A stretch of 64,000 nucleotides of DNA from Alphaproteobacteria bacterium (GCA_030425925.1 JAUHZO010000002.1:262541-326540); one strand, 5' to 3'. Shown: positions 8,244 to 17,718, counted from the stretch's first letter. Notes: generated from the sequence alone by a model not told the origin. Numbers and translations are program-made.

Positions 8244-9892
8244 TGGGTCAGCCTCAGTGCGGTAACGACACGGCCGATCGACGCGAAGGTGGCGTTCAGC
8301 TCGCTCATGTCGATGTCAAAATAGTGGGCCGGGGAACTGGCGCAGTCCTGCATTGCGGCCAGACCGTGGCTCGGGGCCTCGACGCCGATGGCGTAGATCT
8401 GGATGCCCTGGGCCTTGGCCGCGCTGCAGATCGTCGACAGGTTGCTGTCGGCCTGCTGCCAGTTGACGGTGACCTGGTGCGGATAGGCGATCTGGTTGCG
8501 CATCGCCCACACGTCGTAGCCGTCGCTTTCCGGCTGAGCGTACAGCGCGTCCGCCGCCCCCTGGGTGCCCCAGCGGTCATAAAGCTCGTTGAAGGTCAGC
8601 TCGCGCGCGGCGTGCTGCGGGTCGTCGGCAAAGTCGATGCCGGTCTGGTAGCGCTCGTTCGCGTTGCTGGCGAAGCGCGTCCAGTAATATACGTCGTTGT
8701 CGGTGCCCGGATTGTCCTGCACCAGCACCGAATACTTGTCGTCCGACATCGTTTCGCTGCCCATGTCCGCCAGCCAGACGCCGGTCTTGCGGGTGCCGTC
8801 CTTCATGTCGCGCGGCAGGTCGTATTGCGTGGTGTTGGCCCCGTCGGTCATCACGATCAGGAACTTCATCGTGTCGGTGGCATCAAACGCCGCCGGACGC
8901 CCGGCCGCCACCCCGCCGACAAACCCGTCGGAGATCATCTCGTCGACGGCGGGCCGCATGGCGGGATCCAGCAGCGCCGCCCCCCATTTCACGCCAAGGT
9001 CGATGGCGGTGTTGCCCCAGGCCGTAAAGGAATCGATCCGCGTGTTCAGCGCGTTCACGTCCGAGCTGAGCGGCAGCACGGCGGCGGTGTCGCCTTCGTG
9101 GCACCAGGTATAGTTCGTCTCACCCTCGGTCTGGCTGGTCGACACCGGGTCGAAATGGCCCAGCTGTTCGATGAACTGGTCGGGCGTGACCGACGTGGAG
9201 GCGAACTCGGCCGTGGTGAAGGCCCCGCAATAGGAAAACTCGTGCAGGTCTTCGAGGGCGAAATAGCCCTCCATGCTTTCGCCCAGGTTCACGGTGGCGT
9301 TGTAGGGCACGATCGAGATCGTCGTGGTCGTGTCTTCGCTGCCCACCATGTCCGACACAAAGCTCTTGGCGGCGGTCTTGAGGTCTTCGATCTTGCTGCC
9401 GCCCATGGAGCCCGAGATGTCCAGCACCATCGAGATCTCGAGGTTGGCCACCGCGTTTGCCGCCGTGGCACCGCCTTCGGCCTGCAGCGTGTCGATACCC
9501 AGGAGGCTCATGAAATTCGACGGCATCGTCTCGCGCGCCTGCGCGGCGACACGTTTGGCAGTCTGGCCCCCCGACACCTCGACCGATTGCAGCGCATCGG
9601 CCATGTCCATGGCGCGGAAATATTCCTGCACCACAAAGGTCGGGTCCATGTTGTTTTCCAGCGACGCCGCGGCCAGCACGGCGCGGTCCAGCGTGTTCTG
9701 GATCTTGTTGCGTTTCAGTTCGGCCAGGATCAGGTCAACCCCGATGCCGCCAAAGACGATCATCACCATTGAGCCGGCAACGGCAAAATAGGACATGCTG
9801 CCCCGCTGGTCGCGCCAGAAGCGCCCAAGCCACCCGCCGGTTCCTGAATTGTTCATACCGCGCATTGTTTTCTCTTTGTCGTACTTTTTCAT
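8240..9892 (-). CDS. TadG-like pilus-associated protein with von Willebrand factor A (vWA) domain
   Basis: N-terminal TadG-like hydrophobic segment (RDQRGSMSYFAVAGSMVMIVFGGIG) and a vWA MIDAS motif (DISGSM). 550 aa. Alternative starts at 9865 or 9856. Confidence 0.75.
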   Translation of the reverse strand: MKKYDKEKTMRGMNNSGTGGWLGRFWRDQRGSMSYFAVAGSMVMIVFGGIGVDLILAELKRNKIQNTLDRAVLAAASLENNMDPTFVVQEYFRAMDMADALQSVEVSGGQTAKRVAAQARETMPSNFMSLLGIDTLQAEGGATAANAVANLEISMVLDISGSMGGSKIEDLKTAAKSFVSDMVGSEDTTTTISIVPYNATVNLGESMEGYFALEDLHEFSYCGAFTTAEFASTSVTPDQFIEQLGHFDPVSTSQTEGETNYTWCHEGDTAAVLPLSSDVNALNTRIDSFTAWGNTAIDLGVKWGAALLDPAMRPAVDEMISDGFVGGVAAGRPAAFDATDTMKFLIVMTDGANTTQYDLPRDMKDGTRKTGVWLADMGSETMSDDKYSVLVQDNPGTDNDVYYWTRFASNANERYQTGIDFADDPQHAARELTFNELYDRWGTQGAADALYAQPESDGYDVWAMRNQIAYPHQVTVNWQQADSNLSTICSAAKAQGIQIYAIGVEAPSHGLAAMQDCASSPAHYFDIDMSELNATFASIGRVVTALRLTQ

Positions 9893-10155
9893 CCCGAACG
9901 CCTTTCTTCGGCCGATCTGCCGAGAACAGCTTCACCAATTACAGGACCCTGTTTATGACGGTTCTTGATGGCCAAAATGGGGCGGAACCGAATGCAATAT
10001 CGGCAAATTAGCCTTGCATTTTAATACATTGCCGCAGAGTGCGGCGGCACTGTTTCGCGCCGGGGCACAGCGCGGGTGACGCAAGGGCAATCAGGGTTCG
10101 TGCTATACAAAGGATTCGCAGACGGGCCGGTTTCGCAGGCGCGGACAATGCGGTG

Positions 10156-10470
10156 TCAGCGCCCGCGCCGCGCCGCCCGGGCCTTGCGGCGCTGGGCCCG
10201 GGCCCAGACGAGATAGCGGTCTTCCAGGTCGTGTTCGCAGACCTTGAAGACCAGCCAGGCGCCCAGCGTCAGCCCGCCCAAAAGCACCAGCTGCGCGATC
10301 TGCAGCAGCGCGCCATGGCGGATGGCGACCAGCCCGTGTTCGCGCAGAAAGCGGATACTGCCCATCGCCTGCGTGAACAGGTTGACCGAGACAAAGGCGA
10401 AACAGGCCGCCGCCAGCCCGGCGAGGCAAAAGACCAGCAGGGCAGGCCATCGCGTGATGTTTAAAAGCAC
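10156..10470 (-). CDS. Small hypothetical membrane protein (GTG start)
   Basis: 104-aa ORF with two hydrophobic helices. GTG start preceded by AGGGGGA. Confidence 0.35.
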   Translation of the reverse strand: MLLNITRWPALLVFCLAGLAAACFAFVSVNLFTQAMGSIRFLREHGLVAIRHGALLQIAQLVLLGGLTLGAWLVFKVCEHDLEDRYLVWARAQRRKARAARRGR

Positions 10471-10520
10471 CTGTAGTCCCCCTGTCTGACCTGTCTGCAG
10501 GCCGCCGCGCGCCCGGGCGC

Positions 10521-10808
10521 TCAGGCGGTCCGGGTCATCTCGAAAAGATCGACCCGCGCCACCGCGCCGCTTGTGGCCTCGGCATGGGCCTTGAGATGCG
10601 GCGCGTTCATGTGGTCCTGCCAGAGCGCGCGGTTTTCCCAGGTCTCGAAGAACAGGAAATGCGCCGGATCCGCGTTGTCGCGATGCAGGTCGTATTGCAG
10701 GCAGCCCGGTTCGGCGCGGGTGGGCGGTACCAGCTTTTCCAGCGCGGCGTGGACAAGGTCTTCGTGGCCGGGTTCGGCGTGGATATGGGCAACGATGGTC
10801 AGCGGCAT
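10521..10808 (-). CDS. Antibiotic-biosynthesis-monooxygenase (ABM) family protein / quinol monooxygenase-like
   Basis: 95-aa ferredoxin-like ABM fold signature (MPLTIVAHIHAEPGHEDLV...FLFFETWEN). Confidence 0.7.
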   Translation of the reverse strand: MPLTIVAHIHAEPGHEDLVHAALEKLVPPTRAEPGCLQYDLHRDNADPAHFLFFETWENRALWQDHMNAPHLKAHAEATSGAVARVDLFEMTRTA

Positions 10809-10884
10809 GGGCGGTCCTCTGGCGGTGGCGGTGATGCCGGCAGGATTTACCGCGGGTTAACCGAGGTCAAGGCAGGGTTGCGCC

Positions 10885-11121
10885 ATGCACGCCGTCCGAC
10901 TCACCCCCTTGCGCCCGAACGAGGCCTGGCTGGCCCAGATCTTTGCCGCCAAGGCGGTGTCCAAGGGCGGCGTGGTGCGCCGCGCCGTGGCGGATGTGGA
11001 GGCCGAGGTGGGCCGCGCCCGCCTGATGCAGGAAGTTGCCCGGCGCGGCTATCACCTGATCGAATGCGGCGACCAGTTCATCATCGTCTGCCGCGACAGC
11101 GACCTTGTGGTGCATCTGTGA
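10885..11121 (+). CDS. Hypothetical small protein (78 aa)
   Basis: ORF with a weak RBS and no recognisable domain. The displayed sequence and the ORF-track translation disagree by 1 nt near its 3' end. Confidence 0.3.
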   Translation: MHAVRLTPLRPNEAWLAQIFAAKAVSKGGVVRRAVADVEAEVGRARLMQEVARRGYHLIECGDQFIIVCRDSDLVVHL

Positions 11122-11129
11122 GCGGGGCG

Positions 11130-11192
11130 CCAAAGACTTTTCGTCGAAAAGTCTTTGGCCGTGGAAAAGTTCTCGACGAGAACTTTTCCACC
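11130..11192. terminator. Two tandem perfect hairpins between convergent genes (candidate bidirectional terminator)
   Basis: GCCAAAGACTTTTCG/CGAAAAGTCTTTGGC and GTGGAAAAGTTCTCG/CGAGAACTTTTCCAC, each a perfect inverted repeat of 14-15 bp, sharing a GAAAAGT core. Confidence 0.5.
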
Positions 11193-11213
11193 CCCGGCCC
11201 CGCGGTCCGCGCC

Positions 11214-12518
11214 TTACTCTGCCGCCTGCGAGGCGGGGTTGTTGGGATGCTGCGTCCAGTTGGCATAGTCGTCCGACACCACCTTGCCGGTGCGCGGATC
11301 GACGCTGCCGGCGGGCAGGCGCTCCATGGTGATGCAGTTCTCCACCGGGCAGACATCGACGCAGAGATTGCAGGCCACGCATTCGGCGTCGTTCACCTCG
11401 AACACACGGCCCTCATGCATCCAGATCGCCTGGTGCGAGGTGTCCTCGCAGGCGGCATAGCAGCGCCCGCACTTGATGCAGGCGTCCTGGTCGATCCGCG
11501 CCTTGGTGACGTAGTTGAGGTTGAGATACTGCCAGTCGGTGACGTTCGGCACCGCCTGTCCGATGAAATCGGACGTCGCGCGATATCCCTTTTCGTCCAT
11601 CCACATCGCCAGCCCGGTGATCATCTCCTGCACCACCTTGAACCCGTAGGTCATGGCGGCGGTGCAGACCTGTACGTTGCCCGCGCCCAGCACCATGAAC
11701 TCGGCCGCATCGCGCCAGGTGGTCACGCCGCCGATTCCGCTGATGGGCAGGCCCCGGGTTTCGGGATCGCGGGCGATCTCGGCCACCATGTTCAGCGCGA
11801 TGGGCTTGACTGCCGGGCCGCACAGCCCGCCATGGCTGCCCTTGCCGTCGATGGAGGGTTCGGGCGACAGCGTGTCGAGATTGACCGAGGTGATGGACGA
11901 GACCGTGTTGATCAGCGACACCGCGTCCGCCCCGCCGTTTTTGGCGGCGCGCGCCGGATAGCGGATATCGGTGATGTTGGGCGTCAGCTTCACGATCACC
12001 GGCTTGTCGTAATAGGTCTTGCACCAGCGGGTGACCATCTCGATATACTCGGGAACCTGGCCTACGGCCGAGCCCATGCCGCGTTCGGACATGCCGTGCG
12101 GGCAGCCGAAATTCAGCTCGATCCCGTCGCAGCCGGTTTCCGCCACGCGCGGCAGGATCGCCTTCCACGAGGCTTCGTCGCAGGGCACCATGATGGAGGC
12201 GATGAGCGCGCGGTCGGGCCAGTCGGCCTTGACGCGGGCCATTTCCTCGAGGTTCACCTCCAGCGGGCGGTCGGTGATCAGTTCGATATTGTTCAGCGCC
12301 AGCACCCGGCGGTCGGCCCCGTGGACGACGCCGTAGCGCGGGCCGTTCACGTTCACGATGGGCGGGCCGGATTCGCCCAGCGTCTTCCAGACCACGCCGC
12401 CCCAGCCGGCCTCGAAGGCGCGGCGGACGTTGTATTCCTTGTCAGTCGGCGGGGCCGAGGCCAGCCAGAACGGGTTGGGCGAGGAGATGCCCAGGAAGGT
12501 CGTCGTCAGATCGGCCAT
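11214..12518 (-). CDS. preA: NAD-dependent dihydropyrimidine dehydrogenase subunit PreA (dihydroorotate-dehydrogenase-like TIM barrel plus two C-terminal [4Fe-4S] ferredoxin motifs)
   Basis: FMN-binding DHOD-like core with two C-terminal CxxCxxCxxxCP motifs (CIKCGRCYAACE and CVACNLCVDVCP). Paired with preT upstream. Confidence 0.9.
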   Translation of the reverse strand: MADLTTTFLGISSPNPFWLASAPPTDKEYNVRRAFEAGWGGVVWKTLGESGPPIVNVNGPRYGVVHGADRRVLALNNIELITDRPLEVNLEEMARVKADWPDRALIASIMVPCDEASWKAILPRVAETGCDGIELNFGCPHGMSERGMGSAVGQVPEYIEMVTRWCKTYYDKPVIVKLTPNITDIRYPARAAKNGGADAVSLINTVSSITSVNLDTLSPEPSIDGKGSHGGLCGPAVKPIALNMVAEIARDPETRGLPISGIGGVTTWRDAAEFMVLGAGNVQVCTAAMTYGFKVVQEMITGLAMWMDEKGYRATSDFIGQAVPNVTDWQYLNLNYVTKARIDQDACIKCGRCYAACEDTSHQAIWMHEGRVFEVNDAECVACNLCVDVCPVENCITMERLPAGSVDPRTGKVVSDDYANWTQHPNNPASQAAE

Positions 12519-12528
12519 GTCGTCCTCC

Positions 12529-12885
12529 TTATTGGTCGCTGCAGAGCGCGTAGATGCGGAAGGCCAGCGGTTCCGGCGCGTCCGAGACGTTGCGGATCTC
12601 GACCCGCCACGCGCTGTCGAGCGGGTAGCTTGCGGTCACCACGAAGGGGGCCGCGTCATCGGGCAGGTTGTAGAGCGCAAAGCCGCCGCCGGTGAGGTTT
12701 GTGCCGCGCGGGCAGGCCAGTTCGCGGCTGACCTCTTCGCCCGCCGAGATGCGCTTGCGTTCGAAGCGTTCGGTTTCGCGGGTGATCTCGGCGCTGGCGG
12801 ATGTGGCGAGAACCCCCAGCGCCGCAACCGTGGCGACCGCTGCCTTGGGGTATTTTGACCAAGAAGAAGCTGCATTCGGCATCAT
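12529..12885 (-). CDS. Doubtful small ORF (118 aa, signal-peptide-like N-terminus) filling the preT-preA spacer
   Basis: ORF overlaps the preT stop as ATGA and ends 11 bp before preA. Its first 10 codons are formed by a copy of the 28-nt repeat family, so it may be non-coding spacer. Confidence 0.25.
   Translation of the reverse strand: MMPNAASSWSKYPKAAVATVAALGVLATSASAEITRETERFERKRISAGEEVSRELACPRGTNLTGGGFALYNLPDDAAPFVVTASYPLDSAWRVEIRNVSDAPEPLAFRIYALCSDQ
12847..12874 (+). repeat. 28-nt repeat family copy a (GGGGTATTTTGACCAAGAAGAAGCTGCA)
   Basis: Shares the core GGGGTATTTTCNCCAAGAAGAAG with three other loci in the window. Confidence 0.6.
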
Positions 12886-14213
12886 CCGGCTCCGGTCAGC
12901 GCGGCATGGATGTCTTCGGCGGCGTCGCGGCCTTCGGCAACGGCGACCACGGTGAGGTCTTCGCCCGGGGTGCAGTCTCCGCCCGCCCAGAGGCCGGGCA
13001 CCGAGGTGCGGCCCGGGCCGGTGACGGCGATCTTGCCGCCAGCCATTTCAAGCCCGTCCACCGGCACCAGTCTCTGGCCGATGGCGCGCAGGATCATGTC
13101 GGCGGGCAGGTGCAGGGTTTCGCCGGTGCCGGTGACGCGGCCATCGGTGACGGTGGTGTATTCCAGTTCTATCCCGGCCGCGGTGCCGTTGCCAAGGATC
13201 GCCTTCGGCATGACGTTGGACAGGATGCGCACGCCCCGTGCGGTGGCGAGATCCTGTTCGTAGCGGCTGGCCGGCATGGCGTCCTGGTCGCGGCGATAGG
13301 CGATAGTGACGTCCTGCGCGCCCAGCAGCTTGGCCTGCACGGCGGCGTCCACCGCCGTCATGCCGCCGCCGATCACCACGACGTGGCGGCCCACGGGCAG
13401 GGTGGTCAGGTCCCGTGTCTGGCGCAGGTCGGCGATGAAAGTCACGGCGTCGGTCACGCCGTCCCGGTCGTCGCCTGCGGCCCCGAGCGCGTTCACCCCG
13501 CCCAGGCCGATGCCGAGGAAGACCGCGTCGTGGTCTGCCCGCAGCTCTTCCAGCGACAGGTCGGTGCCGAGGCTGCGGCCATGTTCCAGCGAGATCCCGC
13601 CGATGCCCAGCAGCCAGTCCACCTCGCGCGCGGCGAAGTTGTCGACGCTCTTGTAGCTGGCGATGCCGTATTCGTTCAGGCCGCCGGGCCTGGGGCGGGC
13701 CTCGTAGATCGTGACGGCATGGCCGTACATGGCCAGCCGGTGGGCGCAGGCGAGCCCCGCGGGCCCGGCCCCGACGACCGCCACGCGCTTGCCCGTTTCG
13801 GGCGCGCGGGCATAGGGATGGCCCTGGCGTGCCATGGCGGCATCGGTGGCGTGGCGCTGCAGGCGGCCGATCTCGACCGGTTTGCCCTCGGCGGCCTCGC
13901 GCACGCAGGCCTCTTCGCAGAGCGTCTCGGTCGGGCAGACCCGGGCGCACATGCCGCCGAGGATGTTCTGGTCGAAGATGGTTCTGGCCGCCGCCTCGGG
14001 GAAGCCGGTGGCGATCTGGCGGATGAAGAGCGGGATGTCGATATCCGTCGGGCAGGCGGTGATGCAGGGCGCGTCGTGGCAGAAATAGCAGCGATCGGCG
14101 GCGACGGCGGCCTCGTGCGCCGACAGCGGCGGGTGCAGGTCGGCGAAGTTTTCTGACAGCGTCGCGGCGTCGAGCCGGGCCGACGCGATGCCCGGGGTCT
14201 GCGGGTTGGCCAT
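12882..14213 (-). CDS. preT: NAD-dependent dihydropyrimidine dehydrogenase subunit PreT (glutamate-synthase small-subunit-like, FAD/NAD-binding, N-terminal Fe-S)
   Basis: N-terminal Cys clusters (CYFCHDAPCITACP and CARVCP) and two Rossmann GxGxxG motifs (VGAGPAGLA and IGGGMTAVD). Confidence 0.9.
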   Translation of the reverse strand: MANPQTPGIASARLDAATLSENFADLHPPLSAHEAAVAADRCYFCHDAPCITACPTDIDIPLFIRQIATGFPEAAARTIFDQNILGGMCARVCPTETLCEEACVREAAEGKPVEIGRLQRHATDAAMARQGHPYARAPETGKRVAVVGAGPAGLACAHRLAMYGHAVTIYEARPRPGGLNEYGIASYKSVDNFAAREVDWLLGIGGISLEHGRSLGTDLSLEELRADHDAVFLGIGLGGVNALGAAGDDRDGVTDAVTFIADLRQTRDLTTLPVGRHVVVIGGGMTAVDAAVQAKLLGAQDVTIAYRRDQDAMPASRYEQDLATARGVRILSNVMPKAILGNGTAAGIELEYTTVTDGRVTGTGETLHLPADMILRAIGQRLVPVDGLEMAGGKIAVTGPGRTSVPGLWAGGDCTPGEDLTVVAVAEGRDAAEDIHAALTGAG

Positions 14214-14401
14214 GATCTCTCCCTGGTCCGGAATCCGGTTGCGGGAAAGTCTGCCACAGCCGTGAATTTTATCAAATGGTAAAATTTTCGCGGGATGCGG
14301 AATTTTCCGGCGGTTTTGCAGCCGCGGCGCGGCCGGGGCTCTTGCCCCGGCGCGGGGGGACGCGGATGAAGGGGCGAGAGGAATCCCCCCAGGAGACAGC
14401 G

Positions 14402-15319
14402 ATGATCCCCCCGTTCGACAGCCCCGGCCGGTTCTGGCGCGGCAACCTGCACACCCATTCCACCCTGTCCGACGGCGTTCTGGACCCCGCCGAGGTCTGC
14501 CGCCGGTACAAGGCCGAAGGCTATGACTTCATTTCGCTCACCGATCACATGGTGGGGTTGTTCGGCTATCCTCTGGCCGACACAACCGGGTTTCACGATG
14601 CGGGCTTTGTCACGATCCGCGGGGCCGAGCTGCATTCCGGCGCGATGCAGAACGGCGAGCTGTGGCATATCCTGGCGGTGGGGCTGCCGGCGGATTTCCC
14701 GCCGCCCAACGCGCCGCATTTCCTGCCGGTGGCGGACCAGGAAAGCGGGCCGGAGCTGGCCGCGCGGGCGCGCGCGGCGGGGGCGTTTGTGGCGATTGCG
14801 CATCCGCAATGGTCGGGGCTGACGGAGGCGGATGCGCGCTCTGTCGCCGCGGCGCATGCGGTGGAGGTCTACAATCACGGCTGCGCGGTGGGGTGTGACC
14901 GGCCCGACGGGTTCCACATTCTCGATCTGCTGCTGAGCGAGGGGCGCAAGCTGGGCCTGGTGGCGACGGATGACGCGCATTTCAGCGAGCCGGATCATTT
15001 CGGCGGCTGGGTGATGGTGAAGGCGGAGGCGTTGACGCCGGAGGCGCTGCTGGAGGCGCTGAAGGCGGGGCGGTACTATGCCTCGCAGGGGCCGGAGTTG
15101 CACGGTATCGCGCTGGAGGCGAAGGCGGTGGAGGTGCGCTGTTCGGCGGTGACCGCGATCATCGTGCAGGGGCAGGGCACGGCGGCGGTGGCGCAGCACG
15201 GTGCGGCGATGACGCGGGGCCGCATCGCGCTGGACCGGTTTGCCGACTCGCCATGGATCCGGGTGACGGTGGTGGACCGGGCGGGCAGGCGGGCCTGGTC
15301 CAACCCGATCTGGCGCTGA
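14402..15319 (+). CDS. PHP-domain metal-dependent phosphoesterase
   Basis: HxH motif (NLHTHSTLSDG) and later His/Asp ligands (AHPQW, VEVYNHG, TDDAHF). AGGAGA RBS before the Met at 14402. Confidence 0.7.
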   Translation: MIPPFDSPGRFWRGNLHTHSTLSDGVLDPAEVCRRYKAEGYDFISLTDHMVGLFGYPLADTTGFHDAGFVTIRGAELHSGAMQNGELWHILAVGLPADFPPPNAPHFLPVADQESGPELAARARAAGAFVAIAHPQWSGLTEADARSVAAAHAVEVYNHGCAVGCDRPDGFHILDLLLSEGRKLGLVATDDAHFSEPDHFGGWVMVKAEALTPEALLEALKAGRYYASQGPELHGIALEAKAVEVRCSAVTAIIVQGQGTAAVAQHGAAMTRGRIALDRFADSPWIRVTVVDRAGRRAWSNPIWR

Positions 15320-15444
15320 GGATCTTCCGAACGGTGCGGGCCTTTGGCCCGCGCAGGATGTCTTGGCCCCGGGGAGGGCCCGGGGCCTCGGCGCGCGTGG
15401 CGGCGTGACGCCTTTGCCCGGGTTTGCGGCCCGTGGCGGGGGCG

Positions 15445-15478
15445 GCGCGCGGGGGCTGGCCGCCCCCGCGCGGTTTTT
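15445..15478 (+). terminator. Rho-independent terminator downstream of the PHP gene
   Basis: GCGCGGGGGC-TGGCC-GCCCCCGCGC hairpin followed by GGTTTTT. Immediately followed by repeat copy b. Confidence 0.5.
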
Positions 15479-15506
15479 GGGGTATTTTCGCCAAGAAGAA
15501 GCGGCA
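15479..15506 (+). repeat. 28-nt repeat family copy b (GGGGTATTTTCGCCAAGAAGAAGCGGCA)
   Basis: Intergenic, between the convergent PHP gene and fadB/J. The extended match to copy d includes CTTTTTGGGG at the 5' side and GCAGGGNGGCG at the 3' side. Confidence 0.6.
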
Positions 15507-15516
15507 GGGCGGCGCG

Positions 15517-17718
15517 TTATTCGGCGGCCAGGGCCGGGGTGGCGAAGCGGCCATAGAAGCTCTGGTCCTGCCCGGCCATCTCGCGCAGGAGCGGCGGGCA
15601 GGCGAAGCGGGGGCCGTGTTTGGCGGCGAGGGCATCGCAGCGTTCGGCCGCGTAGGGTGCGCCGATCATGTCGAGCCAGCTGAGCGGGCCGCCGGACCAG
15701 GGCGCAAAGCCCCAGCCGAGGATCGCGCCCACATCGCCTTCGCGGATGTCCATCAGCACGCCGTCCTCCAGCGCGCGCACCGCTTCGAGCGATTGCACGA
15801 AGAGCAGGCGGTGCTGGACCTCGGTGAGGTCGGGCTGTGCGCCGGCCTGCGGATACTGTGCGGCGACGGTTTGCGACAGGCCCTGGCGCTTGCCCTTGTC
15901 GTCGTAGTCGTAGAAGCCCGCCCTGGCCTTGCGGCCCAGACGGCCCTCGGCTTCCATCCAGAAGATGACCTCGTCCACCTCGCCATCGGGGTAGGCGTCG
16001 CCCATCGCGGCCTTGGTCGCGCGGGCGATCTTGGCACCGAGGTCGATGGAGGTTTCGTCCACCAGTTGCAGCGGGCCCAGCGGCATGCCGACCATGCGGG
16101 CGGCGTTTTCGATCAGGGCGGGGGCCACGCCTTCCTTCACCATCCTTATGCCTTCGTTGATATAGGGGATGATGCAGCGGTTGGCGTAGAAGAAGCGCGC
16201 GTCGTTCACCACGATGGGCGTCTTGCGGATCTGGCGCACGTAGTCGAGCGCCTTGGCCACGGCGCGGTCGCCGGTCTGTTTGCCCTTGATGATCTCTACC
16301 AGCATCATCTTTTCCACGGGGCTGAAGAAGTGGATGCCGATGAAGTTCTCCGCGTTCTTCGAGGCCTGGGCGAGGTCGGTGATGGGCAGGGTGGAGGTGT
16401 TGGTGGCAAAGATCGTCCCGTCCCCGGTGACGACGTCGACCTGGGCCGTGACCTCGGCCTTGATCCTGGGGTCTTCGAACACCGCCTCGACGATCAGGTC
16501 GCAGCCTTTCAGATCGTCATAGGAGGTGGTTGCCGTGATCAGGCCCAGCATGGCGTCGGCCTTGTCCTGGGTGATCTTCTTGCGCGACACGCCCTTGGCC
16601 GCATAGTCGGCGGTGTAGGCCTTGCCCTTGTCCGCCGCCGCCTGATCTCGGTCGAGCAGGACCACCTCGATGCCCGCCTGGGCCGAAACCAGCGCGATGC
16701 CCGCGCCCATCATGCCTGCGCCCAGCACGCCGACCTTGCGGACCTTCTGGTCCGGCACATCCGCAGGGCGCACGGCACCTTTCTCCAGCGCTTCCTTGTT
16801 GATGAAGAGCGAGCGGATCATCGCGCCGGAGGACGGGTTCATCAGGACATTGGTGAACCAGCGCGCCTCGATCCTGAGCGCGGTGTCGAAGGGGACCAGA
16901 GCGCCCTCGTAGGCCGCCGAAAGCAGGGCCTTGGCCGCCGGATACACGCCTTGCGTCTTGCCGTTGACCATGGCGGACGCGCCGACAAAGGTCATGAAGC
17001 CTGCCGGGTGATACGGCGCGCCGCCGGGCATCTTGTAGCCCTTGGCGTCCCACGGCTTGACGATGTCGGCATCCTTGGCGCTGAGCACCCAGGCCTTGGC
17101 CGCGGCCAGAGGATCGTCGACCACCTCGTCGATCACGCCAGCGGCCTTTGCGCCCCTTGGATCGTTCAGCTTGCCTTCCAGCAGCAGGGGCGAGGCGGCC
17201 ATGGCGCCCATCTTGCGCACCAGCCGCGTGGTGCCGCCCGCGCCGGGGAAGATGCCGACCATGATCTCGGGCAGGCCGATCTTGGCCTTGGGAGTGTTGG
17301 CGGCAAAGATGCGGTGGGTGGCGAGCGGGATTTCCAGACCGATGCCAAGTGCCGTGCCGGGCAGGGCGGCGGCAATCGGCTTGCCGCCCTTGAGGCTCTT
17401 TGGGTCCATGCCCGCGCGCTCGATCTTGCGCAGGATGCGGTGGGCGTTCATGATCCCGTCGAAAAGCCCCTTGGCCGGATTGTCGCCGGCCATCTCCTTC
17501 ATCCTGGCGATGACGTTCAGGTCCATCCCGCCGGCAAAGCTGTCCTTGCCCGAGGTGATGACCACGCCCTTGACCGCGTCATCCGCCAGCGCCTGATCGA
17601 CCAGCGCATCAAGCTCGTCCCAGGCCTCCAGCGTCATGACGTTCATGGACCGGTCCTTGCAGTCCCAGGTGATCACCGCGACGCCGTCGCTGTCGGTTGC
17701 CATCGTGAAATCGGTCAT
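15517..17718 (-). CDS. fadB: Fatty-acid oxidation complex alpha subunit: enoyl-CoA hydratase / 3-hydroxyacyl-CoA dehydrogenase
   Basis: N-terminal crotonase fold, central NAD-binding GxGxxG (VLGAGMMGAGIA) and C-terminal 3HCDH domains. Start at MTDFTMA with a GGAGAAG RBS. Confidence 0.9.
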   Translation of the reverse strand: MTDFTMATDSDGVAVITWDCKDRSMNVMTLEAWDELDALVDQALADDAVKGVVITSGKDSFAGGMDLNVIARMKEMAGDNPAKGLFDGIMNAHRILRKIERAGMDPKSLKGGKPIAAALPGTALGIGLEIPLATHRIFAANTPKAKIGLPEIMVGIFPGAGGTTRLVRKMGAMAASPLLLEGKLNDPRGAKAAGVIDEVVDDPLAAAKAWVLSAKDADIVKPWDAKGYKMPGGAPYHPAGFMTFVGASAMVNGKTQGVYPAAKALLSAAYEGALVPFDTALRIEARWFTNVLMNPSSGAMIRSLFINKEALEKGAVRPADVPDQKVRKVGVLGAGMMGAGIALVSAQAGIEVVLLDRDQAAADKGKAYTADYAAKGVSRKKITQDKADAMLGLITATTSYDDLKGCDLIVEAVFEDPRIKAEVTAQVDVVTGDGTIFATNTSTLPITDLAQASKNAENFIGIHFFSPVEKMMLVEIIKGKQTGDRAVAKALDYVRQIRKTPIVVNDARFFYANRCIIPYINEGIRMVKEGVAPALIENAARMVGMPLGPLQLVDETSIDLGAKIARATKAAMGDAYPDGEVDEVIFWMEAEGRLGRKARAGFYDYDDKGKRQGLSQTVAAQYPQAGAQPDLTEVQHRLLFVQSLEAVRALEDGVLMDIREGDVGAILGWGFAPWSGGPLSWLDMIGAPYAAERCDALAAKHGPRFACPPLLREMAGQDQSFYGRFATPALAAE

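Noticed and set aside
11100-11220. Apparent 1-nt discrepancy between the printed sequence and the ORF-track translation and coordinates. Examples are the 10885-11121 ORF end, the preA stop, and the start of the first M24 gene near 54947.
   Set aside because: This is not a biological feature. I treated it as a formatting or indexing inconsistency and applied a tolerance of plus or minus 1 nt to coordinates. No frameshift or pseudogene was inferred.
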